From NCBI GenBank assembly GCA_000708835.1, contig DF237092.1, positions 23,365-87,364 on the forward strand: a stretch of 64,000 bases of DNA, given 5' to 3'. This document shows, in pieces, positions 12,301-23,956 of this stretch; position 1 is the first letter of the stretch; every line of letters begins with the position of its first letter. The DNA is from Klebsormidium nitens. Taxonomy: Eukaryota > Plantae > Klebsormidiophyceae. The translations under genes and the position numbers were made by a program. The notes beneath the pieces are model-generated. The model searched no databases. It saw only the letters and a program-made list of their open reading frames with translations, and was not told where the DNA came from.

Positions 12301-14510
12301 CTGTACAGTGCATGCCGCGTGTAAGGTGTGCATGTCGCTCTCGATCATGTCGCATACGTGCAGTGAACAACCTTGGAAGGTACAAGCCCTGAAACCCAAA
12401 CCATAACCCCGTACCTATGTTTCTTCCAGGGCTTGGGAATCGACTTCTTCCACTGCATGTCGTGCAACGCGTGCATGTCGCTCTCGCTCGCGTCGCACAC
12501 ATGCCGCGAGAAGGGCCTTGAGTCCAACTGCCCCATCTGCCACGACTTCCTCTTCACGTCCAACACGCCCGTCAAGGCGCTCCCCTGCGGACACTTCATG
12601 CACTCGCTCTGCTACCAGGTGAGCCGTCCGAGCCCCGTACGGCGGTGTTTGGTCATTGTCCGAAAGCGTCCGAAAGCAGTTTTCCAGCGTCGATAAGCGT
12701 TCGTTTGCTGAATGACAGCCTTTGCCAGCTGTCCGGCCACTGCATGCACTCCCTTTGCTAACAGGTGAGCCGTCCGAGCCCTGTACGGCGGTGTTTGGTT
12801 ATTGTCCGAAAGCGTCCGATAGCAGTCATTCAGCGTCCGTTTGCGTATGTTAACCCTTTGATAGCCTTCGCCAGCTGTCAGGCAATGTCCAAAGAGCTGG
12901 GAGCGTTGGGGTTTGTCCGTAAATGTTCGTAAGCTTCCGGAAGCTGTTTGGTTGGGTATCCGGAAAGGCCCAAAGTCTGTCCAACAGCGATGAGAGTTAT
13001 CTGGCAACGTGCAGGACACTTGTGGAGGGTTCTGAAGCAACTGCTTTGTGCGCGCTTCTTGCAGTAGAATAAAATTGAGCACAACATGCCTGTTCGAAGT
13101 AGGCCCGTCAGAGTGATTACACAATCTGAGTCTCTAAACTTCCCAGAGTGATGGTTGTTCGGCGACGATTTGGAACTCTTTTGGAACCTCTACGAAATTT
13201 TTGAAAGTCACGGATAACCTCATCATACATGTTTCCTCCGTAAGAGAGAAACAAACGCACGATGAGAATTGCTGACGTTATAGACTCTATTCTGATATTG
13301 AAGAAGAGTGAAAGTTAACCATTTAATTCTCATTTCTTGCAGTCATACACGCACGGCCACTACACGTGCCCCATCTGCAGCAAGTCCCTAGGGGACATGG
13401 CCGTCTACTTTGGCATGCTGGACGCGTTGCTCGAGACCGAGGAACTGCCCGAGGAGTACCGGGATCAAAAACAGGCAAGCACTCCGTCTCTGGTTGGAAG
13501 TTTTGTTCTAAGAGTTTGCTGGCTTCCGTTTCGACTGTCCCAAACCCAAAACTGGACGCGTTGCTTGAGACTGAGGATCTGCCAGAAGAGTACCGGGATC
13601 AAAACAGGCAAGCACCCCGTTTCTCCGTAGGACTCTCTTTAAAAGCTTGCTGACTTCCTTTTTCGCCATAGGGCCAACTTTGGCCGTGATTTTGAGGACC
13701 TACCGAAAATCGATATAAGAACCCGGCAAGCCCCCCGCTCTCGGTCAAAGTGTCCTTCCAAAGGGCGTTGGCTGCTTTTTTGCCTTCCAAGCCATCTTTC
13801 GCTGTAGCTTCTGAGAGTATTGGGATCAAAAAACAGGCAAGCCCCCCCCGCGCCTTCTCCGTGGCATGCATTCCTTAAGGCAAAAAGCGTTGGCTTCTGC
13901 TTTTGGTCATAGTGCCATCTTTGGTCGAATCGTCGATGAGTACCGGAACGAGAAGCAGGCACGCGCGCCAGGCTTGTGCTTGTTCGCCTCCCTTCCACGT
14001 TCGTCCCTTTCTTTGAGAGCGCGAGTTGGGAGCAAGAGCAGGCCACCGCATTTGCTTGTGTCTTCATGCCGTCTTTCAATAGCGTTTCCGTCGTCTTTGA
14101 TTGTTGAAAGACACCCGGACTAAACCCTGGCCAGCACCTTTAACGTATATCCTTTCCTCTGCTTTGCGTCCTGATGTGACTTCCCAAGCGCCCCCCCATT
14201 GCATTTTCCAACCTTTTCTGCTGGTCTGGTGCTACTTTTGCTTTCTTGCATTCGTTCGAGTCAAGATAGGCAGCACCTTTTCAAATCTTCTCATGCCGTA
14301 CTTCACTGATAGACTGGCACAGACGCGTTGCTAGGGAGCATGGGTGCCATCCAAGTTTTCTTCAGGCAGTCAAGAGAAAATAACATGCACTTCTTTTACT
14401 CTTTGCAGGAAATCCTGTGCAACGATTGCGAACACAAGGGCACTGCATCCTTCCACTTTGTCTATCACAAGTGCTCAAAGTGCGGTTCCTACAATACAAG
14501 AACGATATAG
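3313..14510 (+). CDS. BTS: BRUTUS/HRZ-type iron-sensing E3 ubiquitin ligase (3 hemerythrin domains, CHY and CTCHY zinc fingers, RING, zinc ribbon), ~1414 aa
   Basis: Thirteen exons in continuous phase: 3313-3801, 4664-4858, 5146-5564, 5905-6076, 6419-6616, 7055-8316, 8642-8750, 9240-9817, 10285-10497, 11280-11466, 12430-12618, 13343-13474, 14409-14510. Motifs: [109 protein letters not shown]. The last intron is GC-AG. Confidence 0.95.
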
Positions 14511-16228
14511 GGGATCCTCGGGTTGATTTGCGGTTTGCTCGGGTTAGGTTTGTAGTGGACCAACACTTAGTTGATCTGTACATACTTCAGAATAATATGT
14601 CAAAAGGTGCAGACGTCATTTATAGGAGGTTCAGTTTGTGCTAAATCCTGTTTAAGTATCCGGCAATGCCATTGGTAATACCCAACATGTTAGGATTGAA
14701 CATCACATATAAGCTTTGATTGCGGGTTTTCCAGGATCCTGGCCGTTGCGGAGCGCCAACTGAGGCAATATTGTCATACACTGGCGGCAATGTCTCGGGA
14801 TCATTGGTGTTAGCATGCAACCCACAATGCTCAACTACGGTCACCTGTAACCACATAAATATTTGGATGCGAGTTTTTCACCATTTCCGGGCACAGCCAA
14901 ATCTCTTTTTTGAGATTAATTTAGTAGCCGGGACAAATCACGTCGTTGTACTCCGAGCCTAAAGTTGATTGGCAAATCGGAGCGGCGGTCACTATTATTA
15001 CAGTGGCGTTCTCTTCGGTTGGACATGAATTGCACCAGAGTATCTTGGTATACTAATGTCTAGTGCGATTGCCAGGCACCATCATTGCAGTGCATGGTTG
15101 AAGGAATGATCGACAATTTTGATCGAACTGGCCATGGCCGGCTGGGCGGCAGGGTGCACTCAGTGTCCATGCATTATGCGCAGCGCGTAATTAGTGGATT
15201 CTCCATGATCATGTGGGCGCGCCGGGTATATTCCGCTGAACGATCTGCCCAAGTGCTAGTACCGTCCGATTTATAAGCGCGCGGCGGTTGGATCGGGCTG
15301 CAGCAAGCAAGCCTGCATGGTTCAACCGCCGCGCGTATCATATACTGGCGGACGGCCTCGCGTGGCAACAATTTACAAGCTAGAAGGAAGTGCAGGCAAG
15401 TTTGTAGTGCATGCTGAGGGATCCGGACGCGGCTGTTGACGTACCGCTCGATCTGCATGGGAGTCAGAAGCCTGTTACAACAAATATATAAGGCTCGGAC
15501 AATTGCCACCACACGCCGCCCTGTAAGATGACCGTCTGTACCCGCACATGTGCGCACATAAAAGTTAGTGGCTTCCGACGGCGTGGTTCAGAATACCTTA
15601 AATTTAATGGTGCGATGTACGATATGGGATTAAACGGTAGTGGTCACCGTCAAGCCGCGCGAGTTCAAGTTGATACTATGCATGGCTAGCCGGTCACTGC
15701 AAGAGCGCGTTGAATTCAGGCGATCAAAACTTGATTTCAGAAAGATCCGACTTCAAGATTCTTTGAGTATTCCATTGAGTTTGTGTGGCTGCCGCCACTC
15801 TGCCGAGATGCACTCCTCGGCGCCGCTAGTCCAGCCTCCTATATCCTACATATGTTCGTTATCTATGTTTGCCAGCCAACCGCCTTTATTGCTCGTCTCA
15901 GAAGGCCATAGCGAAACGCCATCCTACTTATGAATCATAAAATAAGAGCAATGTGCTTGCAGTGCCTGTGCCAATCTGCAAACTGCTGACTCAATCGATG
16001 TCGTCCTCTATACAAGTCCTTTGCGTATCTTGGATCGAGCATATTTCGTTACAAAAGAATAGTTCCGCATACTAAACGCCGATTGTTTCCTGGAGGTGCG
16101 TACCGAGGCCGCCCGCTTTGGTACTAAGGCACATCATCAAATCCCATATTCGACTAACTATGTTCCAGCTTATAAGCTCCTAAATCCGGGCCAAATGATG
16201 ACGTCATCTCCGGGGCCAAATGATTACG

Positions 16229-19200
16229 TCATCCTCCTTGCTGCGCTCGCAAAAAGACCCACATCGCCACCCCTGCCACTGCGGCAACTATCGGAAGCGC
16301 CGCTAGGATCTTGTCTATTCTCGCCATAGCCGTTCGCCCCGCCGCCTCTTGCGTCGTGTTCTTCACGGGGAACGGCGTGTCTGGTACTTTGACGCCCAGG
16401 AACTTGCACACGGGCTCCCACCCTTCGTTGATGTCAAGGACTAGTAGGCGCTCTGGGGGAATGTGGGCCTTCACCTGGGGATGGATCGGAAGCACTGTTA
16501 TTGCTATCGACGCCGCATTTCTGCCCACAAAGCATCTGGCGGATCTGACGCTTCAAGCCCCCGGAACATTGTGGCAGGCGGATCGGTAGAATTTAGCGTG
16601 CTCAGGGTTTCGAACGAGGCGGTCCGGTTCAATGTAGTTACTCCAGTCCCTCGATTTTGGCCCAGACGACAAAACCGGACTCCAATTCCATCTTTGACAA
16701 AACCCGACAGCTTCACCCATAAAGAGGTACCTGAAGCGGCTCTCAATTGATGTCACATAGCGGACTGACAGCATTTCTTGAGCGTCGCGAAAAAGCCACG
16801 TGGTCAACTTGCCACCAGCCTTGGCAAACCACCTCAACTCCTTGTCGCTCGACGAAAGCGCGTGGTGCGACGGGTCCTTATTGAGCTCTCTCGTGGGTCC
16901 GCTTCTTTTTGAGACGTTCCCACCTTCTACATCTCCTCGAGGACCGGCAGAGGTCCACTGGTTGGGCACCCAAACCCTGAAACTCTGAGACCCTTATCAA
17001 GCATTTTGCAACCATTTAGGAGCAATTTACCTCCTCGGTTACAAAGACTGCGCGCGCCGTGTTCCTGGTCCTCAAATCCAAACAGCAGCCCTCCTTTTAC
17101 CGTTTGCTTGCACCATAGGATCTGGGCACGCTCTCAGAATCTAGCGAAGTGAATCTGCAAGACGCAGGTGTTAAATCTTTCTCAACAGGGGCACCCCTTC
17201 AAAAGTGTCGCTCAAAGCCCATGCGGTCCGCGTCCCGGCCCCTTACAGCAACAAGTCCGCAGCCCTACGGCTCAGGATTCGCTGGCGAGTTTTCCGTCTG
17301 AATTCTGGAGCGCTCCGAAAATTGACCAAGCTTGGAAGGTAGAAGTGTGAAAAAAATCAAACGACTCACCTTCTTGATATGTCGCTCGGATATCCTGTGC
17401 GCCGCATCGTGGTTCTCGAAGCGACAACGTAGCAGAACTGCCGCTGTTTGAGGTCTGCTGGAACACCAAAGCACGGAGCGCCTTTGTCTGCTTCCGAACC
17501 AGAACCCTAAATGCACAAAACCGTGAAAACCCTTCTAACCGACTTACCTCCTTCACGTGCTCCTCGAGACGGCGCGCGACGCCTCTCTGTCTTAAGAATG
17601 GCCGTCAGATTCTCCTTTCGGGTTTGGTGGCAGCTTTGAACTCAAAGCAAGTCAAATTTCTACCCCACAGAAGTCCTACAACGCAAAGAAATACCAAATC
17701 TCTTCCGGCGAACTCACCTCCTCGATATGCCGCTCGAACATCTTGCGTGCCGCGTCCCGGTTCTCAAATTGCCCGTCGAACTCCCCCTTCGGCCCCCACA
17801 CCTGATCCGCGATCGGCACCCACAAGTAGTCCTTTCTCCGCAGGAGTCTTAACCAGGGGAACAGCTCGAACTTGCGCCGGTACGCTTTGCTGAGCCGGTG
17901 GATCGTGTTCTGCGCGCTGAGGTACCAGCTGTCGAAGTCGCGCACCGTAAGAATGACCTTCGCGTTTGGGTACATCTCGGAGAGCTCCCGCCAATAGCGC
18001 GTGCAGGGCCAGTCCATCTGTCGAGAAAAAACGCCAGACCTAGTTAGCCGGGTTAAGGTGTAGATTCCGGGTTCCGGTTGTAACCCCGTTCAAACCAAGT
18101 TATTGTTCGTTGGCGTGAGTACGTTCTGAAGAGCTCCCACCAACAGCGTGTGCAGGGCCAGTCCATCTGCCGAGAGAAAAAGACGCCACACCTAATCAGC
18201 CGGGTTATGTTTGAAAGATGGGTTTTCGGTCGTAACCCCGTCCAGAGCAGTCTGTTGATCGTTGGCGTTTGGGTACATCTCAAAGAGTTTTCCGCCAATA
18301 GCACGTGCAGGGCCAGTCCATCTGGCGCAGGGAAAACGTCGCGAAACCCGGTTAGCCGGGTTTAACCAACCCAGATTTTGGTTGTACTCCAATCAGGACA
18401 GTTGTCGGTCATTGGGCGTTTGGGTACATCGCGGAGAGCTCTGCCAGTAGTGCGTGCAGGGCCAGTCCATCTGCCGAGAAAAAAGGACGCCAAACCTAGT
18501 AATTAGCCGCGTTACATCAAATCCGGGTTTTGGTCGTAACCACGTCTTTGATATTGTGTCGATTGTTGGCGTTTGAGACATCTCAGAGAGCTCCCACCAA
18601 GCGTGTGCAGGGCCAGTTCATCTGCCGACGGAAAAGAACGCAAAAGCTAGTTAGCCGTGTTGATAATAGAAACCGGGTTCGGTGCCGACCTTGTTTTAAA
18701 CAGTCCAGCGTTCTTTGGCGTTTGGATACGTTCCCGCCAGTGGGGCATGCAGGGCCAGTCCATCTGCTTAGAGAAAAGGATGCCAAACCTAGTTAGCCGG
18801 GTTGAGACGGGTTCCGCGTGTAACCTCGTTCACGATGAGACTGTCAATCGTTGGCGTTCGAGACATTCAAAGAGCTTCCGCCAGTAATGCGTGCAGGGTG
18901 AGTCCATCTGCCGCACAGAAAAAGACGCCAGACCTAGTTAGCTGGGTGGAACAGAGAATTTCCGGCTTGTTTTCGTTGCTGCCCCGTTTTGAAAGAAGCT
19001 GTCGGTCGAGCAGCAACCAGAAATAGACATTCATCCTTTTGTCGGTTGAAACGGTCCCCGTATTCTCTAGATCAGGGAGAAAATGCCCGAAACCTCGATG
19101 TCTGCCATACCATGCCAGAACTCAGATCCTGTGAGGCCAAACAGCTGTGGGTCTCGTGTTTATTGGAGACCTCTTTGTGGCGTTCCTACCTAGCAACTTC

Positions 19201-21105
19201 AATGTTGAGTAACCGTGAGTGACTAGCGCCAGTCAACCAAAGGTGCATATTTCACGTTGATCCGTGGTTAATATCGAATACGGCTGCCTACAAGAGACTT
19301 TCGAAAAGGTCAGGAGGCAGAAATGCTAGTTGCCCGCGATTTGGATTCAAATGAATTAACACGTAACTGAAGAGTCGTCCAACCAAGAGTCCCTGAATAT
19401 CTAAAAAAAGGATAACAAACGGAGGTTCAAAACCCTTCTTTTTATCCCATAACAATGTCCTAACGACTCTGATGTATCCCATTTGCAAGTCCTCCTTCTT
19501 GATCTACGAAAGAAGTGCCGCTGACAGTGTTCGTTTGTGGTAAGACAGGCTCCGGAGTTTACATGCCGCCAATCAAGCGGAACATGCTCAGTGATCTTTC
19601 AATTGTACAGCAGTTTGTTGCTTGAAGCTCAAGCATTCAAGGCATTCCCAAAGTGGTCGAATGACCAACATAGTAGTCACGTTAGGTGTAGTATTGCTGA
19701 GGATGTCACACTCACTTTGGCCTACACCAGCTGAACCAAGGACATCGACCTAAGTCTCAGTTGAACGCACTCACAGTAGAACGATACTCCTTCAACGCCT
19801 CCGCCAGTAAAACCGGATCTGCCCTGCCGTGCTCCAGCTTGCTCCTCTCAATGTCAAGCCACAAGCCTCTCGCGTCGCCAAGTGTAACGAGCTGGAAGAT
19901 CAAAACAATATAGATGTAAAAGGGGTGAGACACAGAGCATGCAATTGCATAGAAACCGAGGTTTAAGAAAGGTTTAAGACCTTTCCTTCCGACCAAGCCC
20001 CAACGGCTTTCAGGATTTTCGTCAGCTTCTCTACATGTGACTTTGTAATCGCCAAAGTGTTAATTCTTGTTTCTGAGGTTATGTACTCCATTGATTTCAA
20101 GTGCATCACAACTGTCTAAGGTTTCTTAGAGATCTCACAGTTCAGAGAATTGCAATCAGACCTATTGATCTTTCTGTGAGTTCTTATTAGAGTTGCTGGT
20201 TGAGGTTGACTTGAAGAATCCTTTTTGTGACGAAGATTCAGCTCAAAGCACATCGCTAGCATTGAGGGCAGGACAGAACGCATGGAGGGAGCCACTTCCT
20301 TAGGTTACTTCAAACCGCAGGTGAATTGAAGCTCCTGATGTGGCCTCTAACCATACTGCATCGATAGGCACTCTAGAGGGCCAGTTGTCATCATCTGAGA
20401 TCAAGAGCGCCAGGTGTCATCATCTGAAATGCACACCGTCCTGGACTTACTTCAACCTTGACCTATTGCTCTTCTACTGATTAAAAGGGGGGTATCAAAC
20501 AACGTCAATGACATGAAGCACCAACCATTCATTACACCAGTCATCCTGGGAAACGGCGGGAACTCCAGTTCTTTCAACTGTATCTTCAGTGTCAGTTCTA
20601 AATTTTACTTCGCTTGGCCCAGAGCGCCTTTTGAAAAACTGGTTGCTTCCGTGGAAAGCCTCTTACTAGAAAAGTATGAGATCATTGCAAGCAAGGGCAG
20701 TCCACTCTCAAAGCAAATACTTGCTGCATTTGAAGCCGCTATCCAGAAAGTTTTCATTCTGGACAGACCACTTTCAAATCCTTCACTTGCCCTTACCACC
20801 ATGACAAGGGAGGCCCTGACAGGTTGTGGTGATGATTAGCGGTGTCAACACTACAGCTCCTTCTGTCTAGCCTCCTTGTCAAATGCGCAGATTATGTCAG
20901 TCTGCTTCTACATGAAATCAGAGTTGACACTCAAAGCAGACGTTCGCTCAGAATGAGCCGTAAAACGGTCGGCATTGGCTTGAGGACTTACCTCATTCAT
21001 GTGATGACAGGGGCCAAACCCTAGCTGGTTCAGCGCAACTTTCAAACTGGTGGTGCCGGTCCTGCCAAAACCCGCCCCGATAACCTGGATCTCAGAGGAG
21101 GCCAT
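16229..21105 (-). CDS. Sulfotransferase-family (Sulfotransfer_4-like) P-loop protein with C-terminal membrane anchor, ~258 aa
   Basis: Exons 21105-20992, 19891-19775, 18017-17718 and 16474-16229, all phase 0 with canonical GT-AG. Family motifs: VIGAGFGRTGTTSL..GFGPCHHM, DWP, YPNAKVILTVRD..SW, IPPERLLV...EGWEPVCKFLG...PFP..N. Hydrophobic tail ALPIVAAVAGVAMWVFL. Confidence 0.9.
18001..18960 (-). repeat. Tandem array of ~150-bp units, each copying the intron 2 acceptor and the start of exon 3 of the sulfotransferase gene
   Basis: The core GTGCAGGGCCAGTCCATCTG (minus strand CAG|ATGGACTGGCCCTGCAC) lies at 18001 (functional copy), 18150, 18305, 18454, 18605, 18747 and 18891. Spacing is 142-155 bp. 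Confidence 0.95.
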
Positions 21106-22029
21106 GACCAAGGCTGATCGGCAGAGGCCCTCAGAGACTTATTTTGCCACCACTACCAATCAAGAGGAAGGTTCTAAACTATGTCAGGACAAACAGAGTC
21201 TTATTGCTTCTTACACAAGACTTGTCTCCAGAATGGCTTCCCCCCATTGCACCAGGCACTACATTACAAGTGATCTGCAAAAGCTGGCCTTCGCAAAGGT
21301 GGACGACACTCTTCTTTGCCTCTTACCGAACATATGAACCGAGCAAACATTGCAACACAAAGGCCAAGTCCTCCACGCTCTCACTCTCACAATGCTGCCA
21401 TTGCAGAATGCGTTTCTCAGATCTCCGTTCCTAGGACGCAATGGCTGAGGTGGCGCGTTGCGCAATCAGTCAACTGCAGCACTAACTTTTAACTCAATTT
21501 CCAGCTGCCCGCCATTTTCGCCTTTGCATGTGCAGAGCAGAATCGCCAGTTCTGCCGCGACACGTGGCCAAGTGGCTAGCGTTGCACCGTCGATCGACCT
21601 GACACGTGTCAATATCGCCTTTGAGTAGCGGCTTATCATACGCTCTTGGTGGGGGGTACGATTGTCAATAATTTGGCCTGTATTTATTGCCCCTCTAAGC
21701 GAGGCGATTATTGTACGGCGCCGCGCGCACGGCCGCGACTGTTCCAAGTCCAAAGATTCAAACGACTCGCGTAACTTCCCAAATACCTCCAAATCTTAAG
21801 AAGCTCGAAACTGAGCAACTTCGCAACAGGCCGGCGGCTCTCGAAGTGCATCAGAAACGTTGGCACTGTGCAGTACCAGATCCGCAGTACATGAGTGCAT
21901 TGTGGAAACTTGATTGATCAGTGTTTCTGTGCACTGCACCATATAGATATACATAATCCATCGGAGGTTTTGCTCCTTCTCAATATGTAGCAAACTGAGA
22001 GAACAACTGAACACCGACGCTTTATCACC

Positions 22030-22925
22030 CAGTAACACCGTGAAAGGAAGGACTTCAAGCAGCTCAGAGGGTCGTCAAAGTCGAACACGTCTTTATTGGT
22101 GACCTTCGGCCGGCTGCACGCTTTCTTGTCGCCCGACTTTCAAAACGTCTTTGAGAGGAGCCAAGTTGCATCTCTGATAGCAGAGATGGCTTGCGAAGGT
22201 TGTTTCAACACTCAAGGGCTGAATGGTGCAAAAAGCTGTATTCAGATCGGTCAAACGTCGCTGGATATTTGGTCTTTTCATTCTCCGAATCTGGTCGAGA
22301 ATGCATACTCAAGCCGGTACAAAGACCGACTCCTTTGCTCGCCCAGAGTGACACACGTCGCCTCGATTGAGTGAGGCTCGGATCGGAGGGCGAAAATAGG
22401 AAACCAGAGAAGCGCGCGTCGTAATTTACCATGCTCTAGTTTCGGGTACGACCCTCTGGTTGCTTTCTCTCGCTCTCGTCCTGCTTTCCGGCCGAAATCC
22501 ATCGCCTCTGAGCGTGTCCCGGCTCAATGAGGTTACTGTATACCGGCTTCTCTGCTGACGTCCGGTGTAACAATCCTGACGTCTACACGTAAATTCATCC
22601 CAGCTGCGTTCGAGGTCGGGCAGAGAGCACCAACACCAGAGGAGCGCTGACGTGGCAGCGTCTAATGCGCTCCAGCTCCGACATGGCTGCAAGTCTATCT
22701 CGTTCTGGAAAGTTGGAGACGGCAGGCGACTAGCTACTCAGTCCACTCAGAGGCGAAATATTGCAGAATTTCGCACTGGTTTTGCAGATACAGCTTGTGG
22801 GCTGACGGTGAGCGACTCAACAAACGTTTTGAAGATTTTTCTACGTCATTTTCAGTGCGATCGAGTCGGCCTGATCTGTCTCGAACGCGGCTAGAACCGC
22901 AATCTTTTCGAAAACGATGGCCGGG
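22030..22925 (-). pseudogene. Decayed, 5'-truncated inverted copy of the orphan ORF at 40596-41768 and its 3' flank
   Basis: The minus strand shares blocks with about 41270-42200: CTAGCCGCGTTCGAGAC, CAGCCCACAA..TATCTGCAAAACCA, GCAGCCATGTCGGAGCTG, GGACGTCAGCAGAGA, GGCTTGAGTATGCAT, TTTGACCGAT. Peptide LPDLERSWDEFTCRRQDCYTGRQQR..YTVTS aligns with LSDLEECWEDFTRRRQEYYAAGRQQR..YTVTS. Indels break the frame. Confidence 0.85.
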
Positions 22926-23956
22926 TCGGAACGCGTTAGCTAGTGTGACCCGAAACCCAGGCGACTCTTCTGGCAACTTTCGCCAGCTGTACGACGGTCC
23001 AGTCTTGGTTCTGTAGCCGGCCAGACTTATAGGACGCCCTCCCAAGTCGCAGCCTGACTGCATGGTGCACGTACGGTTGGGTTCCATGATCGAGTCAACC
23101 GGCATATGCAGATTGCCAATCGTGCACCTAGAATGTGCTCCGGTGTCTGGAAAAGTGATCGATATCAAGGGCCACGGCAGACATGCATTCGGATGTACGG
23201 TCGACGGCTGCCGCCACACATGCACATGAGCCATATTAGGCCTGCATGGGGCCCCCGGAGCTGCGGGCAGTGGCAAAAATAATCTGATTGATGCCAGTAC
23301 GCGGTCAAGCTAGCATGCAGCATGCTGACGATCAGAGCTGCATCCGATTGGCTCGAGAATTATACCAGACAATGGGCGGGGCGGGGTCCCGCGAGCTAGC
23401 GCACTGCAGCTTAACGACGGTCAAGCCAGAGCTCTCATGGCCGCGAAATGTATTCGACGTAGCATGGAACTTGAACATTCAATGAATATGCAAGCAGTCG
23501 GATTGTTGAACCTTGGCGCAGACGGTCCTAAGGTATACCTGAGCCGGTCGGCCCCGAGTCGATCAACCATTGAATGAAACTTGAAAGCTAGCGCTAACGT
23601 CATGATTCTCTTGAGTCGTTATACCATTGCGGTCTGTAATAGGCCTCGCGTCAGAACCCTCAAAAACTTGCCCTGTAATAGGGAGCCACTCGATCCAAAA
23701 TAAAGACACGTTTGACATTTGATGAACATGGTCAGGACTTTGCAGCCCACCGTTTAGATTTGAAAGTTGCTAATATTACGTCAACTAAATGCACAAGAGC
23801 TACGAACTTGTCAATATCTATAAGAGCAATTGCCTTCATCTGCTCTTAGGCAAGCCAAAAGTCAAGAGTCAAAACACCGAAGACGCTACTAAACAAGATA
23901 AGCTTGATCATGAACGCTTGCGTTTTTAAGTCAATTATCAACAATTACCCTGTACC

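Noticed and set aside
18001-18960. CRISPR-like reading of the regularly spaced 20-bp core
   Set aside because: The spacers are homologous to each other, the period is ~150 bp, the core is a host splice junction, the context is eukaryotic and there are no cas genes.
20513-20839. 108-aa ORF inside sulfotransferase intron 1
   Set aside because: No recognisable motif or splice context; it may be a decayed TE fragment but cannot be supported.
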